A stretch of DNA of 64,000 nt from the human T2T-CHM13v2.0 reference genome, Homo sapiens: assembly GCF_009914755.1 (NCBI RefSeq), contig NC_060925.1; one strand, given 5' to 3'. The translations under genes were made by a program, and so were the position numbers. Shown in pieces: positions 1 through 17,867 of this stretch. The notes below the pieces were generated by a model, which was not told where the DNA came from, ran no database searches, and was given only the letters and a program-made list of their open reading frames with translations. Positions within the stretch are counted from its first letter, which is position 1. Each line of letters begins with the position of its first letter.

Positions 1-313
1 ATCCCCAGTTATTCCAAGATTGTAAGCATATTTTTTTAGTACCAGAGGTAGACCTTTATGATTAAAATTCATTTTGCTTGGCCATTGTCCCTTGTGATTA
101 AAAAAATATATATACACATTTGTGAGATAGCTGATTAGGTAAAGGGGGAATTATGTAATGCACGTCTATGTCTGTAACAGTAAATGTCTTAACTCCAGTG
201 GTATGAGCCCACCACAAACATTATAGACTCACCGCTTTTATGAGGCATAGGCCTCTGGGAACATTTGTTTATACAGACTGAGGGCCTTCTGGCATCTGTC
301 CCTCGATTACTAA

Positions 314-655
<342 letters not shown>

Positions 656-913
656 TGATAGAAATGAAAATTCGTATTTTGGTCCTGAGTTATTTTACCC
701 TCTTACTAGCCTTGTAGGACAGTTAAGTAAAATGGGACCTGTCTGATCTGTTTGGCCTAAGAAACATGGACAAGGAAATCTCCCATGTTTTCTTGTCCTG
801 TGGATAATACCCTCAGTGTAGACTGTATTTCTTATCTGACTGGCCAGTTCCCTCTCATCTCCTATGTCTCTGAAATTGATTTCCCTGAAGCAAATGTCCT
901 TATTTTCTCCTAG

Positions 914-1081
<168 letters not shown>

Positions 1082-1127
1082 TAGAACCCCATCTTTCTTT
1101 TCTGGGCATTCTGCCACCACTCATATT

Positions 1128-1128
<1 letters not shown>

Positions 1129-1158
<30 letters not shown>

Positions 1159-1440
1159 GAGACAGTCTCGCTCTGTCGCCCAGGCTGGAGTGCAGTGGCA
1201 CAATCTTGGCTCACTGCAACCTCCACCTCCTAGGTTCAAGCAATTCTCCTGCTCCTGCCTCAGCCGTCCGAATATTACACACATGCACCACCATACCCAG
1301 TGAATTCTTTGTGTGTGTGTTTTTAGTAGAGAGAGGGTTTCACCATGTTGGCCAGGCTGGTCTTGAACTCCTGACCTCAAGTGATCCACCCACTTCGGCC
1401 TCCCACAGTGCTGGGATTACAGGTGTGAGCCACTGCTCCT
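1129..1440 (-). mobile_element. Alu (antisense) in IPO9 intron with long T tract
   Basis: T-run then gagacagtctcgctctgtcgcccaggctggagtgcagtgg...gtgagcc. Confidence 0.95.
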
Positions 1441-1704
1441 GACACATATTTCTTTTTTTTCCTGATTTGCTCCATTGATTTTTGTTTGACATTTCAAATG
1501 GCTCTCTGTATTCCCTTTTCCCTGTCTTTCTTTATTGCTAACGCACATATGTGAATAGCTGCCATCTTGAAATCCCCAAAAGACAGTCAACACAGGTAGA
1601 CTATATATTTCTGGTCTCTGTTTACAAGAGATCCCTTCTCTACCACAGACTTCACACAGCTAAGTGCTGCTAGTGGCTTATTTTCCTTTATAAGCCCAAG
1701 CCTT

Positions 1705-2388
1705 GGCCAGGCACAGTGGCTCACACCTATAATCCCAGCACTTTAGGAGGCTGAGGCGAGCAGATCACCGGAGGTCAGGAGTTCAAGACCAGCCTGGCAA
1801 ACATGGTGAAACACTGTCTCTACTATAAATACAAAAAATAGCTGGATGTGGTTGTGGGTGCCTGTAATCCCAGCTACTCGGGAGGCTAAGGCAGGAGAAT
1901 CGCTTGAACCAAGGAGGCAGATCACGCCATTGCACTTCAGCCTGGGCGACGAGCGAAATTGTCTCAGAAAAATAAAAATAAAAAACCCAACCTTCTAACC
2001 CTGGCTTCCTAACTTTTTATCCTGGATTTTTATACCACTGATTCTTATCACCTCGTTGCACCTTACAATATGGTGCAACCTTAGCTTTGTTCAAGAAGAA
2101 CAGGTCACCTGTAATCCCGGCACTTTGGAAGACTGAGGTGGGCGAATTGCTTGAGACCCACCCGGGCAACATGGTGAAACCTGTGTCTACCAAAAAAATA
2201 CAAAAATTAGCCAGGCACGGTGGCGCATGCCTATAGTCCCAGCTACTTGGGAGGCTGAGGTGGGAGGATCACCTGAACCCAGGGAGGTCAAGGCTGCAGT
2301 GAACCATGATCACACCACTGCACTCAGCCTGGGTGACAGAATGAGACCCTATCTCAAAAACAACAACAACAACAACAACAACAAAAAA
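1705..2388 (+). mobile_element. Two sense Alus (1705-1986; 5'-truncated AluJ-like 2107-2388 with (CAA)n tail)
   Basis: Alu consensus blocks and A-rich tails. Confidence 0.92.
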
Positions 2389-2550
2389 GCACAGATCTCA
2401 TTAAACCACCTCATGAACTCTAAAATCTCATTTTCAGCTGAACTCTCTTAGCTCTCCTAATTAGTTGTTAACGGAATTTTCACTATCAAATAGAGGGTCT
2501 TAGGACATAATTGCTTATCTCCTTGGAGTGAACTCGAGATGGGCGGCTGA

Positions 2551-2760
<210 letters not shown>

Positions 2761-2911
2761 TAAGGATACCTGGGTGAAGGGAAGGAATGCACTGTGGTGT
2801 ATATTTTTAAAACAATTGTTGGTGATGGGTTTGATAAAGAAGAAGCAGGAAACTTAGGTAAAAGGGATCAGAACATACGGTTTCTTCCTGTTGTGGAAAA
2901 TGGACAAAAAT

Positions 2912-3555
<644 letters not shown>

Positions 3556-3968
3556 TCATTCAGAAGCGTGGGCACAGATAGTCAGCATGTCTTTGTTACT
3601 GAGTTGCCTTTGGCCTGTAACTCCAATGATTTGCAGGTAGGGAGTATAGAGCTGCTATCTTTAATGTAGATTTATAATTACCTCCGCTGTCTCTCAAATT
3701 CTAAGTCATTGGGACTGGAGTACTGGCTCTATACAGTTCCTTGGTTTCAGAGCTTTATTACTAACAAGACTGTATCTCCTTTAATCCCTGAACTCTCATC
3801 TCTCCCAGCTTCTGAACTGTTACAATACCAAACAATAAAGTTATTTAACTTTAAGTCACTCTTTGGAGACTGGATATAGTCAGGTACAGTGAAAGTCTGA
3901 GGGGTGGTGAACTCTGGTGAGTGGCACTGAGGAGAGGACAGGGGTACTTCCAGAAGTAAGCTCAGTGA

Positions 3969-4205
<237 letters not shown>

Positions 4206-4358
4206 TGAGTCACTAATTGAAAAAAAAAGTTGATGGAATGGCTGCTCTGTGGCTGGCACCATGCTAGGCACTAGGCATGTAGAGCTGCTTCTCCAGTCTG
4301 CCATATGAAATCTCACAGAGGCTGGGGTGGGAGGCAGCCAGGAGGCAAGCTAACATAG

Positions 4359-4832
<474 letters not shown>

Positions 4833-4904
4833 TAGTATATCACCACTCAGGGCCTGATCATGGGCCTTTGTCCTGACCCGCCCTGTGTTGGCTATGTCTA
4901 ACAG

Positions 4905-4981
4905 AGGAGGATTACTACGAGGATGATGAGGAAGATGACCCTGATGCCCTGAAGGATCCTCTCTATCAGATTGATCTGCAG
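4905..4981 (+). CDS. IPO9: Importin-9 penultimate exon ([25 protein letters not shown])
   Basis: ctaacag|AG acceptor, CAG|gtgagg donor; 77 nt, phase 1/0. Confidence 0.96.
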
Positions 4982-5059
4982 GTGAGGGTGTCCAGAGATA
5001 TCTTGCAAATGACAATGTCCCAGGCCATGGAAACAGGAATATGGGCTCAAATCCATTTA

Positions 5060-5358
<299 letters not shown>

Positions 5359-5672
5359 TCCATTTATAATTTAACATGGGAGCCTCATGGGAAAGAGTTC
5401 CTGTCTTGTTGAGTGGTCCAGGGTTTTGGGTGGGCTGGAACTTTGCACTTGATGTGTTGTAATTCATCTTCTAGAGGCTATGTTGTGAAGGTCCTTGGGG
5501 TGATACAGCCTTGGAAAAATGTTGTTTCCCTGTGGATTACCTAAACTAGATCCAAGAACATGAAAGACCATCCCTCAGGGAGCTGGCATTTGTCTAAAAA
5601 CCAGCATTCCCTGTGCCATTTGATTGTGGTTCTTGCTCCACTGCAAATGGGTGACTTGCAATGTCTCACTAA

Positions 5673-5807
<135 letters not shown>

Positions 5808-6972
5808 AAAGGGGAGCCTTTCTACATTTGCTCCTTCTGGGCCAGCCGCAAACCATTTTGCAGCCCTCACTGGCCTTGAGATGCACTTTCTTCTCAACCT
5901 AAAGTGGCATCTTGACCCTTGGCCCTTGGCCTCGGCAGTGACACTGATGACAATTCAGACCAGGCTCACCGGTGCCGTCACTTAGGAATGCTGGAACAAA
6001 GGACATTTCTCAAAGTTCCCCTGAAGACATGCCATCTCTAGAACCTTTTTTCTCCCCGACTCTACCCCCACCTCTGTTCCTAGAGCCCTCTGCTGGCGAG
6101 TCCAGAAACATTATTGCCCAGAAGGATTATGTGTTTATGGATTATTTTGCCCCGCCTCAGGAGCGCAGGAAGTCACTACCATTTATATTCTAAAACAGAC
6201 CTATCTATGTTCATAGGACTTCTGATGTGTTCAGATAGGAATCCTCATGAGAGATCATTATGCTTTGTGCCCTGGACCACTGCTGCTCTGGGTTCTCAGG
6301 AGGAACAGGCAAGAGCAGCTTCATTCTAAGCCTTTCCAGTGACCTCAGCCTTGCTTCTCTTCTACAACACTAAGGCTCCTCTGTCAGAGGAGGTCGTCTT
6401 GTTTTTGCTTCATTGCATGACATAACCCTTCCCCTCAAGCTGTTCCTATATATACATGCACACACAAAATAAGCCAGACAGATGGCAATTTGATCTTCCT
6501 TTTTTAGAAAAAAAAAAAAAAAATGGGGAAAAGGGATTTTTTTTAAATCCACCTGACCCAACTATATTTAATATGCCTCTCCCACACATTACCACAGAGT
6601 CTGATATTCAAAGGTTATCCCCTTTCCCTCAGGAAGCCTCTAAAGTGCTTAAGTTGTAGCCCTCAAATTTGCAACATGTATTTTTCTAGGACAGTAAAGT
6701 AATCTTTACAAATGAATTTAGTTGCATGGTATAAGGTGTCTCAGCACCTGTTTGCCTTCTATTCCCTTTAGAAGGTAAGTAAAAGTAATGGGGGAAAGGA
6801 TTAGGTGGAGCCTGTCTAAACATTCTAGTGTGTCTTGGCAAACATAGCCTGAAATGATTCTTAAAGAACTGGCATTGTTTAATCAAATATTTTTAAGGGA
6901 GATTCCTTAATTGGGAAGTTTAGTCTGTTTGGGGTTCAAAGAGTAAATGAGGATTAGAAAATCATGGAGAGA

Positions 6973-7680
<708 letters not shown>

Positions 7681-9039
7681 AGAGAAAGAATATAAAGTGA
7701 ATCTGAATCTCCACTCAAGGGGATGGCCCCAAGGATATTGTAGCTGGTAATTTCTTCATGCCACTAGGTGTCCCCAGTGTTCAACCTCCATGACTGAGAT
7801 TGGAAGAAGTAGAGTTAAAAGTTTTTACTACCTTTGAGAAGCCTGCGGGCATGTTCACAGTCGTCCCATGCCAGCCAGGTTCTGAGGCTAACTGCTTGTG
7901 CCCCTGCTGCTTCACATGGCATTGTGGGAGTTGCTGATACTGGGGAAATGATGGCAGATCTGACCAAGTGGTGCTGAGAAAACCACCCTCGGCCTTGCAG
8001 ACTCCATAGTTTATCTCAAGGCAGTGCCAGTCGGATTTGGTGCTAAAGGCATAAGGCCAAGTCAGCCTCTGATATTGGCACAAAAGAATGGTCTCATGCC
8101 AGTAGCATTGAACTGCTGAGCTTGGGAAGGCTTAAGGCTCCCACACACAGACTGAGAATGATGGGGGTCCCTCTGCGTCTGCTAATTAGACAAACATTCT
8201 ATATCTAGTGCCAAAAGTGGTCCTAAATCCTTTGGCAAGGGTCCTTTCTGCTCTCATGCTGATTTGGGGGAGGACTGGGCATCCTGCCTCAGGAGAACTT
8301 GAGTCCTGAGGAAAGGGCCCTAGTAACACTTAAGGGCTACCCCTGGCTAACAGATACTCGGCTGTGGGTGAGAGCAGAAGGTCTTGGACCCCTCGATGTG
8401 CAGGTACTTAATTGTGTTTCCAGTGCATTTTCATATACATTATCCCATTTAACCTTTATAACAGGTTCACAGAGTGGATATTCCCATTCTGTTGATGAGA
8501 AAAAGAGTGGAGAGACTGTGTCCAGTGTCAGCAGGAAGAAAAAAGATCTGTTGGAGGCCAGTACATGTTGACAGAAACTCTAGACCATATTTTGTCTCCT
8601 GTCTTTGGCCAAAGAGAACTAGCTTCAGTCTGAAAAGGGCAGGGCTAAGTGGTTACAAGGAACTAAAAAGTTCAAGGTAAGACAAATGAGGTAAAAATAA
8701 AAAAGAGCACTTAGCTGCTCTGAGACATTTTAGTCTCCTGACTGGTAAACAGCAGCTGGGGCACCAAGGGGCTCCCAGGAGTTTGTCGAGCTTTTATTGG
8801 AGTGAACTGAAAGGAAAATGGAAGGAATGCTATAAGACTGAAAAGAAGTTAAAGCCCTAGGAAGGAAGCTGATAACACAAGTTACAGACGTATATGTGAC
8901 ATTGATTTGGGAGAATGAACCTACAACAAATGACCCAAAAGCACCTAAATAAGAGTGACGAGAGTTTAACAGACATTCATTATGGACTTCAGAGAAAATG
9001 ATGCTAAACTGGTCTTAGAATCTTCTTTAATTTTGTTAA

Positions 9040-10260
<1,221 letters not shown>

Positions 10261-10471
10261 TCCAGTGAAATACATACTATACTTTTGCACCCCAGCTAAG
10301 CTGACCCATGATCAGTAAGTAGGAAATAAAAGGCCAATTTCTGGCTACTCTTGCCCCCAACCCCATTTCAGTGAACTATGAACCTCTATTAGATATGCAA
10401 GGCCGGTGCTAAATGCTGGAGGGCTTTGGCCCTTTCCCTCAAGGAGCTAGTCTAGTAGGGGGTCAGAAATA

Positions 10472-10794
10472 CAGATGGGCCTGAACATAATGATGGTTTG
10501 ACTTCCAGTTTTTCAACTTTAGGATTGTGCAAAAGCTATGCACATTCGGTAGAAACAGTACTTCAAGTATCCATACAATCAGTACAGTATTCAATAAATT
10601 ACATGAGACATTCAACACTTTATTATAAAATAGGCTTTGTGTTAGATGAGTTTGCCCAACTGTAAGCTAATGTAAGTGATCTGAGTAGGTTTAAGGTAGC
10701 CTAGGTGTATTAAATGCATTTTTCACTTAACGGTATTTTCAACTTTTGTTGGGTTTATTGGGATGTAGCCCCATTATAAGCTGAAAAGCATCTG
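10472..10794 (-). mobile_element. MER47A-like (Tigger/TcMar) non-autonomous DNA transposon
   Basis: TA|CAGATG...CATCTG|TA termini with TA target duplication; internal match to the recalled MER47 consensus (caacactttattataaaataggctttgtgttagatga). Confidence 0.8.
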
Positions 10795-11895
10795 TAGTAT
10801 AATAAATGTGGGGAGTGCTGTGAGAGAAATAAGTGTACTGGGTTTAGTTCCCACTGCCCAAAAAAGGAACTGGCTAATGGTAACCTGGGGGAGGAAGTCG
10901 GGTAAGTTGCATGGAGAAGGCAACCCTTGAACACTTGCAAGGAGCTAACAATACCTGCTTCTGGAGTATTTAAACGCCAGTGGGTATGCTAAATACTTTT
11001 ACCTCACTTAGACCACCTACTAACCTTACAAAGTAGTCCACTTTGCTCACCCAGTTTTACAGATTGATGAAACTGAAGCAGACAGATATTGTTAACCTAT
11101 CAAAGGTCACCCTGCAAGTGTGTGATTATAGTCCAAGCAGCTTGTACTTGTTGCCTATTTGTTTTGCCTTTCCTGTGCATTTGCCAGGCAGATGAGAGTG
11201 GGGTAAGACATTGCAGAGAAAAAGTAAGAAAAGGCCGTCATGAAACAATTTCATTTTCAGACCTTATAAGCACGTTACAAGTACTGATATTTATGCTTAA
11301 GTTCACGGGAGTCCTGGCCAGAAATAAAGCTGGAAGGACAAGTGGGGGGCAGATTGTGAAGGATCCTTCAAGACCTGCTTCCTCTAGAGAATGGGAGACT
11401 ACCCAAGATAACTAAACAGGGAAGTGATCAGGTTTTGTGTCTTAGAAAAGTGTTGCAGTGTTGATGCAAATGTGACTAGAAGGGTGACTTGGAACCTGGA
11501 TTGAAGGGGTGGGAGATGGGAGAAAGGAATGCAGTCTGGCAGCAGCTACAGCAGTCCAGGTGGGAAAACCCAGAGCCTGAACTAAGGTTGTAACTAGAGG
11601 GGATAGGGTGGAAGAGCTGGATTAGAGATGTTGACAAGATAAAGTCAGTAGGACTTAAAGACTGACAAGTAAGGATTTTCCAAAAGTGAGAGCTGTGGAA
11701 TGAATTGTCTTAAAATGTTGCAGTGAGTTCCTCCTCATCAATCCAAGTGCTCGATCAGAGGCTAGACCTTTAGTTAGCAGTCACGGGAAAATTCCCCATT
11801 CTCACGGGGATTTAGACTAGGTCTTAACCATACTTTACCAAGATTCCAGTAGCAAAGCACCCAAAAGTAATCGCAATAAAATTCCAATTTTTGTA

Positions 11896-12227
<332 letters not shown>

Positions 12228-12469
12228 CTAATGGATGGTACAGGTCAACATTTGCCATCTAATGACACTTACATTCCAGTTTTTTCCTTTTTTGAGTAAC
12301 TGGGAAAAGGGTGGCATTACTGCTGGCTTCCTAAAATTGAAAAGTATACTAGGGTTTTTAAACCTGTGTAGAATACATGATATGGTAGCAAATGTGCTGT
12401 AGGAAGAAAAGCAATGAGGAACTACTGGCCTGACTAGGAGGCCTAGAAGTCCCTCCCAGGCTTGAGTTG

Positions 12470-12610
12470 TTCTGACTTGGCATGATTACATAGCTGCGGC
12501 AAGTGACGTTTCCTTCAAGCCTTGGTTCCCTCATCTGTAAAATAGGGAACTAATACCTACCTCACAGGATTGTAGTTAGAATTAAGGATGACTTCATTAA
12601 AGCACCTCTA
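12470..12610 (+). mobile_element. MIR fragment
   Basis: ccctcatctgtaaaatagggaactaatacctacctcacaggattgt core. Confidence 0.8.
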
Positions 12611-13845
12611 GTGGTGGAAGATGTCCCATCCTATCCCCCACCCATAGCTGGGAGCTATGTTTGGCTCATTCTTCCTGACTCACTGGATTACACTGTGACT
12701 CAGTTCAATTTCACACATGCTGCTGCTAAATTAGGGTCTTGGTGAGCCTTTGGGAGGACAGCTCTGAGGAATGAATTGTAGCACTGCAGCCCTGCCTGAG
12801 GAACATGATAGAAACAGGTGGTAGGCCCAGCTCTTGCCTTCCACCTACTAAGCAGTTTTTCTGTGGTTAGCTGTGTGACATAAACTATCGGTGTATTAAT
12901 TTGCTTTCACTAGATTCCCCCCCCCCCCCAACAACTTAGTCCAAGAACATACCTGAATTCTTTGCATTTCCTTGCCTTAGTTGCTTTTGTAGGGTGGACA
13001 GCAGGACTGCATGAGAATAGCTGTGCTTCTGGACCCTATGGTGAAAGCTCTAGTGAACTGCAATTAGGCCCAGGGTCCCGGAGGAAGAAGGGGAGAGAAA
13101 AAGGGGGGTAGTTTTCCAAAAGATAAGTAGGGGACAAAAAAGTCCACGGGGCCTATGAGCGGTGAGACTCCTGCCCTGATTGTGGCAAAGCACCTGGAGA
13201 TGATAGAACTTCCTAGGGAAAAGGCTGCATGGAGTCCCCAGGGATGCTGGGCCCTGGTCACCAAGGCTCCCTGGGAAGGTCTCTTGTACCTGGGGCACAC
13301 AGACCAACACTTCTGAATTTGCAAGCTTAAGAGCATGTATGAGCAGAACCTGTGCAGACCAAGGCTTAGAGGGCTCACCTCAATGTTTTGCACTGTGTGA
13401 GACCCCAGGACCTTTTCGTGATTCTGGAGAGGGGAACAAACCATAATAACAACAAACCAGGTAGCAGGATAGAGACTCATTCTCATCTATTTTGGTTAAA
13501 AGAAAATAAATGTATTTCTTCCACACCTGATTTTGTGATTGCAAATTCATAACTAATATCCCTCGTCAGCTCCGCTGACTCATCCCTGCCACAGGGAGGT
13601 TCACAGCAAGAGCACAGAAACTAGGGCCAGTGCCCGGTTGTGTGACCTTGAGTAAGTTCTTTTTCCCTTGAACAGGGAGAGAGACACAATGGATCAGAGT
13701 GTCTCTGCCAGTTCTAACTTGGGGATTCTAGTGGGTTGAACCGAACGGTAGTCCGTTTCCAAAAGAGGAAGCCAAGACCAGAGTGGGAGTGGTTCCTTCA
13801 AGTTTGCAGAACCAGTAAGTGGCAGAGCAGGACTCATATCTAGTT

Positions 13846-14087
13846 AGTGGTTCAGAGCATGGGCTCCGGAGCTAGACTGCCTGGATTTGAACCCTGGCTT
13901 TGCCACTTGCCTGTTGGGTGACTTTGGACAAGCTGCTTAAATTATGTCTCCATTTCCTAATCCACAGAACAAGTGTAATACTAGTTATCTGTTTCATGGA
14001 GTGATTGTGAGGATTAAATAAAGTTAATATAACACAAAGCACTTCGTAGTGCTGCCTCATAGTAAGTGTTAATGTTACCTATTATTA
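13846..14087 (+). mobile_element. Near full-length MIR
   Basis: agtggttcagagcatgggctccggagctagactgcctggatttgaaccc...gtgaggattaaa...ctattatt. Confidence 0.85.
14013..14022 (+). terminator. IPO9: Candidate distal IPO9 poly(A) signal (ATTAAA overlapping AATAAA) inside a MIR
   Basis: gaggATTAAATAAAgttaat; MIR consensus context gaggattaaatgag. Confidence 0.6.
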
Positions 14088-15724
14088 GTCTGATCCCAAG
14101 TCTAATGCAGTTGTCACCACCTAAACCTGCCTTTACAGAGCTGGCCTTTCTGAGAAACCCTGTGCCTCTGTAGATTCAACACTCCCATCTGTGCAGATGG
14201 CTAACAGCTAGGCTGAAAACAGAAACCTTAGGTTGGAAAGGGTCAGCTGGAGGGCTGAGGCCCATGGCCCCAAATCCTCCCCAGGAGAGAGAGTAGGTTC
14301 AGAAAGGAGAGAGCTATAAACAGAGCCTTCCTCCCTTGCCCTCAGATCCCAAAATAACACTTGTCTACCGCCATCCTGCCCAACTGGCAGAGTGGCAGGC
14401 TGAGTAAGGTGCCATTTAAAGATAACCTGGCCCTCACCATCTGCCCCACTGGCTGGGCTGGGCTCCTGAGGCCAGGCCTTGGCTGCCTGGGACTGCTGCT
14501 GCTCCCACAGCCACCCAGAGTGTGCCTGAGTAGGGGGCTGCTCACAGCTGCCATCCAAGCCAGCCTGGCTACACCCTCTTCTTTCCTGAGGCCCAGGCTG
14601 TCCTGGGCTCTCTACAAACAAGCAGAAGCCTGGCGTTCTGGGAGAGGCAATCCTACAAAGGCATTGGTAGAAAGTCCTTCTGGAGAAGAGTGCTCCATAT
14701 ATATATATATATATATATAAATGTATAGGATACTTGTGCAACTTTGTTACATGGAAGAGTACACCTTCTTACCAGTAGCTTGGCAGCAGTGAGGCTCATC
14801 CTCACTGTCCTTCACCCACCCTCCACTTGCTAGTCCCTCCCACCAAGAGGACAAACAGGAGACAGTCTTTCATTTACAGCAAGAAAGATTAAAGCTGGAT
14901 GCCAAGAAAAGCATTCTGATTTAAGAGAGATGTTTGTTTATTCCGGGGCAGTGAGAGCCAAAAGACCTGGTTCCCCAACTAAGCCATGAGACTTGGCCAA
15001 GTCCTGGTGCTGTCCTAGGCCTTACTCTTCCTAGCTGTGGACTGCAAGGAGAATTAATGTGTCCAAGACCCTCCAGGAAGGATCTGACATTAAATCAGAG
15101 TAAAGAACTCAGGGTCCTATGGAGTGGGGGAATGTATAATTACCTGTCTGCAGGAGTTGGGTTGCCAGAGGCTGGGCAAGGAGGAATAGAAAAAAGGAGG
15201 GCAGAGTAATGTAGAGTGCATTCCTGGAGAGCACTGACTGACCAGAGGCAGGAATTAGGAAAGGAATGGAGTTTCCCTTATCTTGGAATGGTTCAACAAA
15301 CCACTGGCCAGACAAAAGTGGAGGCAGGAGCCTCCACGGCCAAACAGCATGGGTGGGGTAGGACCAGGGTGGGATGGAGCCTCCAGGGCTCATGGCCCAG
15401 GAAAGTAAGGAAGGCCTCAGGAATGCCTGTGTTAGTCTGCTCTGATAGAGGAGCATGGAAGAGGTTGGGAGGAGCCCTGGGCTGGTCATTCAGCCCAGGA
15501 GTGAGGTGACTCAGCAGAGCACTCCTACCACAGCCCCTAGCCAAGCCCAAACTGGGTCACAGGCAGGGTCCCAGCCCTTCCCCTCCTCCTGCCTTTCCCC
15601 ACTTCAGATATCCCTGGCTACCTTCTCACCACATGCAGAGGCCTGCTAGAGATAAGGGCTGGGCATCAAAGTTTCCCTGAATACATGCTTTTTATGCCAG
15701 GCATAGCACTGAACATTTTAGACT

Positions 15725-16012
15725 TGTTTTTTTGTTTGTTTGAGACGGAGTTTCGCTCTTGTTGCCCAGGCTGGAATGCAATGGCGATTCCCGGGTTCAA
15801 GCCTCCCGGGTTCAAGTGATTCTCCTGCCTCAGCCTCCCGAGCAGCTAGGATTACAGTCATGTGCCACCACACCCAGCTAATTTTGTATTTTTAGTAGAG
15901 ACGGGGTTTCTACATGTTGATCAGGCTGGTCTCCAACTCCCGACCTCAGGTGATCTGCCTGCCTTGGCCTCCCAAAGTGTTGGGATTACAAGCGTGAGCC
16001 ACCGTGCCTGGC
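15725..16012 (-). mobile_element. Alu with internal deletion/duplication
   Basis: Alu consensus; flanked by tttagacttgttt; tcccgggttcaag occurs twice. Confidence 0.93.
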
Positions 16013-16743
16013 CCTTTAGACTTGTTTAAAGAGAAGCAGGTGGTGAAGCTGAAGGGCCTGGGCTTTGAAGCCACAAAAGTCCAACTGCAAATCCCAGCAG
16101 TGTGAGCTGGGGGAATTGAAGTTCTTCCAACTTCAGTTTCCTCATCTGTACAATGGGATGAGCTCATCAGCAATGTTCGCTGCTGGTGGTATCATTACCA
16201 TCATATTCCAGACACCCTGAGGAGAACCTCCTACTGGCAAAGCCTATGTTTTGTCTCATCTGATCACAAATTACTCTGCCTCCTCTTTTCCAGGAAAGCG
16301 TTTCTTTCCCTTGCTGGGGATTAAGAGACCAGCTTGGTGAGCGGGGGGTATTCCTGCCTGCCCTTACCTAGAGAAGGTGTAGTGAAGCCCTTCCAGGCCT
16401 GAAGATTTAGACAACTTCTTCCAGGGCCCCCAGTCCTCCCACCCAAGCCCCTCCTCACTCCTGGCCAATCTACAGACTCTTTCAAGACCCAGGTTCATTA
16501 TGGCGACATAAGCTAGCCCCAGCTCTCCATCTCCGAGCTCCAGCATCCCTTGTCAAGGTAAGAAGTGCCAGTTCTCCCAGTGCAGCCAGTTCTCCCCTCT
16601 GGTTGGCCCACAGCCCCCTCTCTTCACTCTCTGTCCTAGTCTAGTCACCTCCCATCCCATGAACTGAAACACATTCTTAGAATTTTGCAATTAGAAAATC
16701 ACTGATGATGTTGGTGCGTGCTAGGTGTCATTGCAAGCTGGAA

Positions 16744-16809
16744 GTGTCAACTAGGGGTATACACTTTGAGGAGGGCGTGTCAACTAGGGGTATACACTTT
16801 GAGGAAGGC
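16744..16809. repeat. 33-bp tandem duplication (2 copies, 1 mismatch)
   Basis: gtgtcaactaggggtatacactttgagga(g/a)ggc at 16744 and 16777. Confidence 0.95.
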
Positions 16810-17529
16810 TAGTTGGAGAAAAAAGCAGGAAAGTAGCTAGAGAGGGATGAGTTTTAGGAAGGATGTGGTTTGGTTTGGTTTGGTTTGCTTTGCTTTGCTT
16901 TAAATAGGAGAGACTTGAGATTTCCTAGGGAAAAGAAGCTGGTAAGGTGTGAGAAGCTAAAGACACTAAAGAGATGGGATAATGAAGAGACAAATCAGCA
17001 GGGGTCAAGGGTACACATGGGAGATTCAGCTCTGGGCAGGAAAGACAGTCCCTTATCTGAAGATGATTCAACCAACAATGACAACACTGATGGCTAGGGC
17101 TGGATGGCCACATTGAACACAGCCACGTGGTCCCTGCAGTCATGGAGGTTTTAGTGTAGGAAAGAGGAGATGGATGGCAATGGGCACACTGAGTAGGTGG
17201 TGCTGGATTCAGAGGCGTTTCTCTTTGTCCCTGCTGCTGCATTTATGACTGTGTCCTGCGTGAGGACATACTCTTGCCCATCAGGCTACCAGCAACTTTC
17301 TGGGGCAGGAGCCTATCCTCTCCTATTCCAGCTCTCTTGGGTAGGTGTGCCAGCACCCACAGGGGCCCAGGATGGGGTAGCTCCTCTTTCGGCTGTCCTT
17401 CCCTAACCTACTAAGATTCTACTGGGCCTTCCATGGACCTGTCCTGATTCTCTCACCCCAGAACACAAGAAATACTCACTGTCTACACTGTCTGCTGTTG
17501 CGGCTGGGGATCAACCCTGATTTAGATTT

Positions 17530-17730
17530 GGGTCTTCCTGATGCCTCTACCATTTACTGGCTGTATTACCTTGAACAAGTTCTTTAACCTCCATGAGTCC
17601 TAGTTTCTCAGTCTGTGAAATGCGATTGATAACACTGATGAACCTTGCTTAGTTCATGGAGTTGTGGAAAGATTCCAGTGAGGTAGATGTGGAAGCCCAG
17701 AAGTGTGTGAAAGGGTGTACATGGCAGGGG
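17530..17730 (+). mobile_element. MIR
   Basis: accttgaacaagttctttaacctccatgagtcctagtttctcagtctgtgaaatg core. Confidence 0.75.
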
Positions 17731-17867
17731 ATTAAGGTAGGCTTTTGATGATCTCCCTGGCTTAATTTGCAGTTCCTCGGAGGGTACCTCATGTAGCATG
17801 GGGCATAGTCACTGGCACTCAGTATAAACCTGTGAAGACTGACCTCTCCCATCCTAAAACACTGTCT

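Noticed and set aside
12917-12929. C13 homopolymer in the IPO9 3' UTR
   Set aside because: Isolated mononucleotide run with nothing else supporting a function
16744-16809. CRISPR-like repeat
   Set aside because: Two abutting copies, no spacers, mammalian context
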